Part shown: piece by piece, positions 9,519 to 16,505 of the stretch
How positions within the stretch are numbered: the first letter of the stretch is position 1
Layout: each line of letters begins with the position of its first letter
Origin: Geotalea uraniireducens Rf4
Lineage (GTDB): Bacteria > Desulfobacterota > Desulfuromonadia > Geobacterales > Geobacteraceae
Assembly (NCBI RefSeq): GCF_000016745.1
Contig: NC_009483.1
Coordinates: 4,560,001-4,592,000, forward strand
Direction: 5' to 3'
DNA length: 32,000 nucleotides
Program-made: the position numbers and the translations under genes
Notes under the pieces: model-generated
The model's database searches: none
What the model saw: the letters and a program-made list of their open reading frames with translations, nothing else
Told to the model about the DNA's origin: nothing

Positions 9519-9563
9519 TGGATAATAGATGAAAAAGGAGGACAGGGAAACCTGCCGGAAAAA

Positions 9564-10067
9564 ATGATCGCCAATCAAAAACCGCACATCCTCGTGGAGA
9601 TGGCCATGATCTTTCTGCTGGCTGCTGCAGCAGGCATCGGCTGGAACCACAAGCTCCTCGCCGATGCATGGTCAGGCAAGGCCGTCCAGCCAAAACAAGA
9701 GGCAGTTCCAGCGTCTCCCCAAGGGACAACGCCCCTCCCCCTGGGCCTGATGCAGGTCAAGGAGATCTACGACCACAAGGAAGGGACCTTTGTCGACGCC
9801 AGAGACACGGAGACCTACGCTGCCGGACATATCAAGGGGGCGTTGTCACTGCCGCCGGGGGACGCGGATGGGGGGCTGACCGTGCTCAACTCCAGGGTCA
9901 AGCCGGAGACAACCATCGTCGTTTATTGCAACGGCTTTGACTGCCATGACAGCATGGACCTGGGGAACAGGCTGCTGAAGGCGGGCTACCGGAAGGTTTA
10001 CGTGTTCCTGGGCGGTTATCCCGAATGGCGGGATGCCGGTTACCCGACCGACGGGGGAAAGCCATGA
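9564..10067 (+). CDS. membrane-anchored rhodanese-domain protein
   Basis: N-terminal TM segment (MAMIFLLAAAAGIGW). Rhodanese blocks FVDARDTETYAAGHIKGA and the active-site loop VVYCNGFDCHDS. Start codon uncertain because the RBS is weak. Confidence 0.8.
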   Translation: MIANQKPHILVEMAMIFLLAAAAGIGWNHKLLADAWSGKAVQPKQEAVPASPQGTTPLPLGLMQVKEIYDHKEGTFVDARDTETYAAGHIKGALSLPPGDADGGLTVLNSRVKPETTIVVYCNGFDCHDSMDLGNRLLKAGYRKVYVFLGGYPEWRDAGYPTDGGKP

Positions 10068-10504
10068 ACCTTGCCGGGAAACATCTGCTCAGCATTCTGC
10101 GCGTGGCCCTGGCAACGGTCTTCGTCTATGCCGGGGCGCTCAAGATCAACGACCCGGTGGCCTTTGCCGGGAACATCGCCGCCTACAAGCTCCTCCCCTA
10201 TTTTGCCGCCTATCTGGCTGCCGCCATCCTCCCCTGGCTGGAGATATGCTGCGGCCTGCTCCTCATCATCGGCTGGCGGGTGAGAGCAGCGGCCGGCATG
10301 GTCGTTCTCCTCAACATCGCTTTCATCATCGCCCTTGCCGCCGCCATGGTCCGCGGACTCGACATCGACTGCGGCTGCTTCAAGCAGGCCGGCGCCAAGA
10401 CACCGGCCTGGCAGGCCCTGCTGCGGGACGCGGTCCTGCTCGTCATGGCGCTGACCGTACTGCGGAGCGCGGACAGAAAACTGAAAGAGGACCCGCCCGC
10501 CTGA
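10064..10504 (+). CDS. MauE/DoxX-family membrane protein
   Basis: ATGA overlap with the rhodanese stop. Four predicted TM segments plus a DIDCGCF motif. I prefer the start at 10064 over the track start at 10025. Confidence 0.7.
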   Translation: MNLAGKHLLSILRVALATVFVYAGALKINDPVAFAGNIAAYKLLPYFAAYLAAAILPWLEICCGLLLIIGWRVRAAAGMVVLLNIAFIIALAAAMVRGLDIDCGCFKQAGAKTPAWQALLRDAVLLVMALTVLRSADRKLKEDPPA

Positions 10505-10518
10505 CCCCAGTTCCGCAG

Positions 10519-10577
10519 ACCACCGACCACCGACCACCGACCACCGACCACCGACCACCGACCGCCGACCGCCGACC
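10519..10577. repeat. heptanucleotide microsatellite (ACCACCG)6(ACCGCCG)2ACC
   Basis: Counted directly. Intergenic, between the MauE-like stop and plsY. Confidence 0.95.
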
Positions 10578-10649
10578 ATTACTTGCACGTTAGCCATGAA
10601 TGGTGTATGATCCAGAGCGTTTTTCATTAACCAGGTAACGGGGTCTTTC

Positions 10650-11237
10650 GTGGCAAAGGAAATTACGCTCCTCGTGTGCGCTTATCTGTTAGGATCAATA
10701 CCCACAGGTCTTCTGCTGGCCAAAGCATCAGGCGTCAACATCCGGGAAACCGGCAGCGGGAACATCGGCGCGACCAATGTTTACCGCACCCTTGGGCGCA
10801 AGGTCGGGATCATGACCCTCATCGGCGACTGCCTGAAGGGGCTTATCCCGGTCCTGATCGCAAAGCAGCTCGGGCTCCCTGAAGTCTGGATCGCCGCAAC
10901 AGGACTTGCCGCCTTTCTCGGCCATGTTTACACCGTTTTTCTCGGTTTTAAAGGGGGAAAAGGGGTGGCCACGGCACTGGGTGTATTTCTGGGAGTTTCG
11001 CCCCTGTCGGTGCTCATTGCCCTCGGGGTTTTCATCCTCGTCCTCGTCAGATGGCGCTACGTATCACTGGCATCCATTACCGCAGCAGCTGCCATGCCCC
11101 TCGTCATCGCCTTTCTTGAACCGAAAAAGCTGCTCATCGCCATGTCTCTGGCAATAGCAGCTCTCGTCATTTACAAGCACCGGGAAAACATTCAGCGCCT
11201 CAGAAGCGGCACGGAAAGCAAATTCAAATCATCATAA
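10650..11237 (+). CDS. plsY: glycerol-3-phosphate acyltransferase PlsY
   Basis: 195 aa, GTG start. Motifs GSGNIGATNV, GFKGGKGVAT, HRENIQRL. Confidence 0.9.
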   Translation: MAKEITLLVCAYLLGSIPTGLLLAKASGVNIRETGSGNIGATNVYRTLGRKVGIMTLIGDCLKGLIPVLIAKQLGLPEVWIAATGLAAFLGHVYTVFLGFKGGKGVATALGVFLGVSPLSVLIALGVFILVLVRWRYVSLASITAAAAMPLVIAFLEPKKLLIAMSLAIAALVIYKHRENIQRLRSGTESKFKSS

Positions 11238-11281
11238 ACCGGCAAAGCCGGAACCAACCAGAAAAACCTTTACAGCAATAG

Positions 11282-11365
11282 CACGCGGATCAAATCGGAT
11301 AAAGTCGGATCAAACCTTTCAACCGGTTAAATCAGATTTTTATCCGAAGTTATCCGTGTGAAACG
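11282..11365. repeat. palindromic repeat element with DnaA-box-like 9-mers, short copy
   Basis: cacgcggatcaaatcggataaa...ttatccgaagttatccgtgtgaaacg. The same ends are seen at 24149-24324. Confidence 0.7.
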
Positions 11366-11390
11366 TTTTTTTGACTTTGATTTATTACCG

Positions 11391-12410
11391 TCAACGCTCC
11401 TTCCGGTACTGCTTGATCGCTCTCTCGTAGATCGCCTTTATCTCGTTCGGATTGCCCTTGTCCCTATAATCGATGAGAAACCTGCCGATAAAAAACAATA
11501 AAATGAGAAAAATCACCGTATAAAGCGCCCTTCGCAATATTGTTTTCCCGTCAACGTCCCTCTTCGCCGCCGGGCTGCCTTCATAAGGGTATTTGAACGG
11601 CCGGTTCTCGCTTATCGCCCGTAAACGAATCAGTTGCAGCATGGATATGTATCTGAAAATGTGGTCCCGGTCGCGCTCTTCCATCAGGATGAAGTGCATC
11701 CCCGTTCTGTAGGCAGCCTCTCCGCTTTCGACCTGCCTGCGCGGCTCAAGGGTATAGACGACCTCTGCGACGGCATGGACGACGCGCGGTGGAGAGAGTG
11801 GCAGATGCAGCTCCATGTGGAGAAGTGTTTCCGGAGCCAGTCTTTTTTCGAGCTTGAAGCCGATTCCTCCTCCGCTCAAAACAGCAGGGTTGTCCAGGCT
11901 TTCGTGCCAGACCAGCTCCTGCCGCGACGCGTGGAACTCCGCATGCCTTGCGGCGATCACGATCTCATCGTAGCCGCCGAACTTCATGGATTCCAGTTGG
12001 CTACGCTTCTTCCATTCCGTTTCCACCTCTTCCCGAATGCGTTTGTCCGGCTCTGTGAAACGAAAGCGGAAGTTCGCCTCAAGCCTGAAGAAATGCCGCC
12101 TCTCCTTGAGGGTCAACAGCCCGAAAAGCCGTATGCGCAGTACCCGGTCGCTCTGTCTTTCCGTGACGATGCAGGTGCAGGTATACACCTCCTGATTTAT
12201 CCAGACATTGGCGTCCAGGATCGTACTGACATTGACCCGGACGTTCATGGGCAGATAATCGCGGGACAGTTGAACGAGGATGGTATCGTCCCGATACTCC
12301 CTGACAATGGCCCAGTCGCGGAAGACATCACCGTCAGCCTGTGGAATGCCTATCTCGATCCGCAGCCCCTTATGGAAAAAGGGTTCGTATTCAGGAAACT
12401 TGTGCGCCAT
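11391..12410 (-). CDS. PilZ-domain protein with C-terminal TM helix
   Basis: RRHFFR (RRxxxR) and LSGGGIGF (xxSxxG) motifs. C-terminal hydrophobic stretch ALYTVIFLILLFFIGRFLI. I prefer the start at 12410 (MAHKFPEY); the ORF stays open to 12578. Confidence 0.7.
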   Translation of the reverse strand: MAHKFPEYEPFFHKGLRIEIGIPQADGDVFRDWAIVREYRDDTILVQLSRDYLPMNVRVNVSTILDANVWINQEVYTCTCIVTERQSDRVLRIRLFGLLTLKERRHFFRLEANFRFRFTEPDKRIREEVETEWKKRSQLESMKFGGYDEIVIAARHAEFHASRQELVWHESLDNPAVLSGGGIGFKLEKRLAPETLLHMELHLPLSPPRVVHAVAEVVYTLEPRRQVESGEAAYRTGMHFILMEERDRDHIFRYISMLQLIRLRAISENRPFKYPYEGSPAAKRDVDGKTILRRALYTVIFLILLFFIGRFLIDYRDKGNPNEIKAIYERAIKQYRKER

Positions 12411-12632
12411 GGCGATCCGTCCCGTGGAAAGGTCCTCCCCGGCCGCATGACCGGGAATTTTTAGCAGTCTATCACCGATGGTGCAAAATTCCAAGGATGC
12501 AGGAGGTGCGTGCCGGAAAATGCTCTTTTGCGCATGCTGTCGCCCGGTTATTACTACCCCTTGATGACGCCCCTTCATGAAGTCCGCTAAGCCACTTTGA
12601 GGAGATCAAGAGCTGACTTCAGCCGCGAATCG

Positions 12633-12739
12633 TTAAATAACCAGATTACTTATTTAAATTTTCAGCCGAAACATTAAATAACATAGTTGCTTATTTAAAA
12701 TATCTGATGTAACTTTAAATAACTAACTACGTTATTAAA
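12633..12739. promoter_or_regulatory. three palindromic operator-like sites TTAAATAA-N9-TTATTTAA phased at 41 bp
   Basis: Sites at 12633-12657, 12674-12698 and 12715-12739 (third right arm ttattaaa). The starts are exactly 41 bp apart. The array ends 9 nt before the Fic start codon. Confidence 0.7.
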
Positions 12740-12748
12740 GGTTTCAAC

Positions 12749-13924
12749 ATGCAAAGAACCGATCTCTGCCCCGCCCGCCGAAAATTGCTCGTCCCCGCCG
12801 TCGGTTATTCCGGGGCTTTTGCGCTTATTCCGCCACCAACGCCTCGCGGTCTTGAACTGAAGGGATTACGGGACGAACTGCCTCGTGCTCGTGCAGCCTT
12901 GGACCTTTTGAAGGATCTATCTTCAAGGTTTCCAAACCCGGATCTCATAACCAGGACGGCGGATCGACGGGAAGCGGTCCGGAGCAGCCAGATCGAAGGA
13001 ACTAATTCCGGCGTAAATGATCTGCTGACTTACGAGGCAACGGGTAGTGACGAGGGATTACCCCCTGATGTCCTGGTGACTCTCAACTATGTCAGGGCAC
13101 TTGAATATGGCCTGCAAAAAGTCCGGCAGAGCGGTGTTCCAGCGCTTACCTGCAACTTGATCAAGGAACTCCACGCCCACTTGATGGATGGCGTGGACTA
13201 CAACGGGACACCGGGCGAATTCAGGAAAAGGCAAAACTGGATTGGGGGAGGAAACATATACAATGCACGTTTTGTCCCGCCGCCACCTGGTAATGTACAG
13301 GCCTGCATGGACAACCTTGAATTGCTGCTCAGGTATTCAGCGGCTGAAGAGGATCAAATGGTGCTCTCGGTTGTGATCCGAATGGCAATCGCCCATGCAC
13401 AGTTTGAGACGATTCACCCGTTTATTGACGGAAATGGCAGGGTAGGCAGGATCTTGCTCCCCCTGATGCTCGCAGCGGAAGGCTACCCACCGGTCTATCT
13501 GGCCGGATATCTGAAAGACAACCAGCGGGAGTATTATGATGCGCTTGCCGGTGTGCAGCTCAGGGAAAAATGGTCGGAGTGGGTTAAATTCTTTGCAATC
13601 GGGGTTGAGGCCGCGGTACAGGAATCGATAAAAACAACGATCGAACTGGAAAATATCCTCAAGAAATGGACAGGGCTTGTGGCCGGGCTTGGGCTCCGCT
13701 CTCATTCGGTGTTATACAAATTCCCGGAGCTCATGATCGGGACGCCGGTTTTGACGGCGCATCATGCCAAAGATGCACTCGGCATTTCGTTCCCGGCGGC
13801 AAGCGCAGCCCTGGCTGCACTGGAAAAAATGGGAATCCTGGTCCAGCCGGTCAAACATCAACGAAACAGGACTTTCGTCGCAAAGGAAGTCATCGATGTA
13901 CTGAATCGTCCAACGGGAGGATAG
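12749..13924 (+). CDS. Fic-family protein (class II, N-terminal inhibitory helix)
   Basis: Fic motif HPFIDGNGRVGR. Upstream SSQIEGT fits the (S/T)xxxE(G/N) inhibitory motif. The C-terminal ~90 aa resemble a winged-helix domain. Confidence 0.85.
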   Translation: MQRTDLCPARRKLLVPAVGYSGAFALIPPPTPRGLELKGLRDELPRARAALDLLKDLSSRFPNPDLITRTADRREAVRSSQIEGTNSGVNDLLTYEATGSDEGLPPDVLVTLNYVRALEYGLQKVRQSGVPALTCNLIKELHAHLMDGVDYNGTPGEFRKRQNWIGGGNIYNARFVPPPPGNVQACMDNLELLLRYSAAEEDQMVLSVVIRMAIAHAQFETIHPFIDGNGRVGRILLPLMLAAEGYPPVYLAGYLKDNQREYYDALAGVQLREKWSEWVKFFAIGVEAAVQESIKTTIELENILKKWTGLVAGLGLRSHSVLYKFPELMIGTPVLTAHHAKDALGISFPAASAALAALEKMGILVQPVKHQRNRTFVAKEVIDVLNRPTGG

Positions 13925-14246
13925 CTGGGCCACCGTTGCAGGCCCACCTTTCGTGTTCTCCGGCACCTCTCATTTGGAAAAATTTAATAGGAACCGATTG
14001 TGGAACATGGTAGAAGGTTAATCATTTCTATGGATGCGCCTGATCATAACTTTCGGAATAGCGAGCTGGTCGAGAGGATATTGAAAGATTGAACCAAAGG
14101 CAAAGAGCGATTTACCTGTGAAGTGTCAAGGTCGTTCACTATATGAGAAACAAGTTACAAATATAAGGAACTTTCCGATAAATGATTAGGGCAGGAAAAA
14201 TGAGGTTGAAGTTACCTATACAGGGAACCACACAGTTCCGCTGGTT

Positions 14247-14278
14247 CCGTATACAAGGAACATGTTCCTTGTATACGG
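14247..14278. repeat. 32-bp perfect palindrome
   Basis: ccgtatacaaggaaca|tgttccttgtatacgg, with arms that extend imperfectly (ggttcc / ggaaacc). Confidence 0.9.
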
Positions 14279-14293
14279 AAACCTACTAATAAG

Positions 14294-14688
14294 CAGCATT
14301 GTCCGGTTTGGTCTTTGCAAGGTTCTTTGAGAATGTAAAAAAGTTGTAAAATCAGCGTTATACCGCATTATTTGCTTGACTTTGAGTAAAAAAACGGTGG
14401 TCCGCACTCGTAACTATCCAATATTACAGGAGTTACGATATGCGACCGTTCAAACGACTGAAACAAAGACGAAAATCACGCGCTTTCAAATTGCTTCTTA
14501 CCCCGATTTTTGAGAGATTCAAGTCAGATAATGAACTTGAATCCAGGGGGTATCGCCCGTTGCAAATGACTTTCGATGATCAGCTAAAAGCCCTGATCTT
14601 TTATCACTTGGAAGAGTTCTCTTCCGGGAGCGAACTTCTCCAGGCGCTGGATCAGGATGACTTCGCCAAGGAATGGGAACAAGCTAAA
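14294..14688 (+). mobile_element. left end of an IS4-like element (remnant)
   Basis: The terminal 25-mer cagcattgtccggtttggtctttgc (14294-14318) matches the TIR of the MITE at 18068 at 23/25 positions. A truncated transposase N-terminus follows. Confidence 0.55.
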
Positions 14689-14703
14689 GGGGTCAGCCCT
14701 TGA
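14440..14703 (+). pseudogene. IS4-family transposase, N-terminal fragment only
   Basis: AGGAG RBS. ...QLKALIFYHLEEFSSGSELLQALDQDDFAKE resembles, from memory, the N-terminal domain of some IS4-family transposases. The reading frame runs into the inverted repeat at 14689, which supplies the stop. Confidence 0.5.
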
Positions 14704-14756
14704 CATGAGACATGTAGGAGGTATGCTTTCTTCAGTTGATCGAAGGATGACGCATT

Positions 14757-15725
14757 ATGGCGAGACCGCTACGTATAGAATATGAAGGTGCCCTTTATCA
14801 TGTAACTGCCCGTGGCAACGAACGGGGCAAGGTCTTTTTCACCAAAGCCGATTATCGGAAATTTATTGACTATCTTCGGGAAGGGCAAAAGAAATTTGGC
14901 TTTGTCCTGCACAGCTATGTCCTTATGACCAACCACTTCCATCTGCTCCTCGAAACGCCCGAGAAAAACCTGAGCAGAATCATGCACCACCTGAACAGCT
15001 CATACACCACCTACATTAACATCAAGCGAAAACGGAGCGGCCATCTGTTTCAGGGAAGATACAAGGCCATCCTTGTAGACCGGGACAACTATCTGCTCGA
15101 ACTGAGCAGATACCTGCATCTGAACCCGGTGCGCGCAAACATGGTGGAACGTCCAGAAGAGTACCTCCATAGCAGTTATGCTGCCTACACAGGAGAAAGT
15201 GACGGTCTAGTCCATACAACAGATCTGTTAGCCATGTTCTCCAAGGACACAAAAGCGGCAAAACAGCACTACCAGAAGTTTGTCGAAAGTACCCTGGAAG
15301 AGAAACAGGAAAGCCCGACGAAGAAAGTATACGGTGGCATGATTCTGGGAAGTGCGCCGTTCATCAAGGAAGCCCTGAACCGGCTCGAAGAAGAGCTTTT
15401 GCAGCGAACGGAAACGTCGCATAAAAAGGAGTTACGGGCGATCTGGGAAGCTGATAAGGTATTATCGGTGGTAGCAGATCACTACGGCGTAACGGTAGAA
15501 ACCGTGGCAGGTCCGGAGAGAAATGATATTCGCAAGGTCTGCATATATCTGCTGAAAAAACATACTGCAGTGGCTAATAGTGAGATTGGCGGTATGCTTG
15601 GCGGCATGAGCGGCTTTGCGGTAGCAAAGGCCCATCAGCTGCTGGTGGCGGGAATGGCAAAGGAAGCAGCTTTACGGAAGGAAGTCGGTCGGCTGGAAGC
15701 AAATTTGTCTCGTGTCAAGGGCTGA
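14757..15725 (+). CDS. IS200/RAYT-like Y1 (HUH) transposase domain fused to a DnaA domain-IV-like HTH
   Basis: N-terminus MARPLRIEYEGALYHVTARGNERGKVFF, HUH NHFHLLLE, Tyr region GHLFQGRYKAILVD, YLHLNPVRA. The C-terminus (..VADHYGVTVETV..RKVCIYLLKKHT..SEIGGMLGGMSGFAVAKAH) has the DnaA C-terminal pattern. Confidence 0.75.
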   Translation: MARPLRIEYEGALYHVTARGNERGKVFFTKADYRKFIDYLREGQKKFGFVLHSYVLMTNHFHLLLETPEKNLSRIMHHLNSSYTTYINIKRKRSGHLFQGRYKAILVDRDNYLLELSRYLHLNPVRANMVERPEEYLHSSYAAYTGESDGLVHTTDLLAMFSKDTKAAKQHYQKFVESTLEEKQESPTKKVYGGMILGSAPFIKEALNRLEEELLQRTETSHKKELRAIWEADKVLSVVADHYGVTVETVAGPERNDIRKVCIYLLKKHTAVANSEIGGMLGGMSGFAVAKAHQLLVAGMAKEAALRKEVGRLEANLSRVKG

Positions 15726-15777
15726 CCCCTCTGCTTCACGGTGTCTCGTGTCAAGGGCTGACCCCTCTGCTTCACGG
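15706..15777. repeat. perfect tandem duplication, 2 x 36 bp
   Basis: tgtctcgtgtcaagggctgacccctctgcttcacgg occurs twice. Unit 1 contains the stop codon of the Y1/DnaA-C gene. Confidence 0.95.
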
Positions 15778-15971
15778 AAATCCCGAAAAAGTGTCCAGTT
15801 AAAACCCCCCTGTGTCAGAATAGTTGTCGCCTCAGATGGGTTGTTTAGCCACGGTCTTTCGAGCTGAATTGCAACGAGCGTAGCGAGCTTGCGATTCAGC
15901 TCGAAAGACCGGGACCGGCAAAAGCCGGCGACCCGTATTTTTTCAACATCTGGGGGCAGCAAGGATCTATA

Positions 15972-16505
15972 ATGACATACACACAAGGATTCAAATCCAG
16001 CCTGGTTCGCAAGATGGCCTGCCCTAATGGCGTCTCGGCCTCAGCTCTATCCCGAGAAGTGGGAATTCCCCAACAATCACTCTCTCGCTGGCTTCGAGAC
16101 GCAAATGTCGTGAATGAATCTGGTAACTCCCCAATTTCTGAAGCACCATGGAGAACAATGTCCCCAAAGCGCCCACAAGACAAGTCTGCCGAAGAAAAGC
16201 TCAAAATCGTCATCGAAGCCGAGACGGTTGCCGAAGATCAACTTGGCGCCTTCCTGCGTCGCAATGGAATTCATGAAGCACAGTTACGCGAGTGGCGCGC
16301 CATGATGCTTTCGGGGCTGCAAAAACCGTCTCGGCCTTCCTCAAAAACATCAGAGGAAACTCGCAAAATTCATGCACTGGAAAAAGAATTACTGCGCAAA
16401 GATAAAGCATTGGCCGAGGCCGCCGCGATTTTGATCCTCAAAAAAAAAGTCCAATCGATCTGGGGGGGCGAGGACGAGCCCACGGACAAGAGGAACGGCA
16501 GATGA
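15972..16505 (+). CDS. IS3-family transposase OrfA (HTH)
   Basis: 177 aa. HTH region SASALSREVGIPQQSLSRWLRD and a leucine-zipper-like C-terminus. Confidence 0.85.
   Translation: MTYTQGFKSSLVRKMACPNGVSASALSREVGIPQQSLSRWLRDANVVNESGNSPISEAPWRTMSPKRPQDKSAEEKLKIVIEAETVAEDQLGAFLRRNGIHEAQLREWRAMMLSGLQKPSRPSSKTSEETRKIHALEKELLRKDKALAEAAAILILKKKVQSIWGGEDEPTDKRNGR
16440..16448 (+). promoter_or_regulatory. programmed -1 ribosomal frameshift site (A9 run)
   Basis: CTC AAA AAA AAA GTC lies in the orfA frame. The -1 frame is open from here to the orfB ATG (checked codon by codon), and orfB is in the -1 frame relative to orfA. Confidence 0.7.

Larger units (their letters stand above)
14689..15777 (+). mobile_element. 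Y1-HUH/DnaA-C gene cassette bracketed by 24-nt inverted repeats
   Basis: ggggtcagcccttgacatgagaca (14689-14712) versus RC of tgtctcgtgtcaagggctgacccc (15706-15729) matches 23/24. The right repeat is part of a perfect 2 x 36-bp tandem. Confidence 0.6.

Noticed and set aside
9529-9567. 12-codon leader peptide (MKKEDRETCRKK) overlapping the rhodanese start by ATGA
   Set aside because: There is no RBS in front of its ATG. It is too short and unsupported to call. The internal AAGGAGGA may instead serve an unidentified start.
10519-10577. Pro/Thr/Asp-rich repeat protein (TTDHRPP...) in ORF 10033-10593
   Set aside because: It is an out-of-frame shadow of the MauE-like gene running into the heptamer microsatellite. 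There is no RBS and no independent support.
15706-15777. Possible CRISPR array (36-bp direct repeats)
   Set aside because: There are only two units, directly abutting with no spacers, and no cas genes. Unit 1 overlaps a stop codon. It is a tandem duplication of the cassette's terminal repeat.
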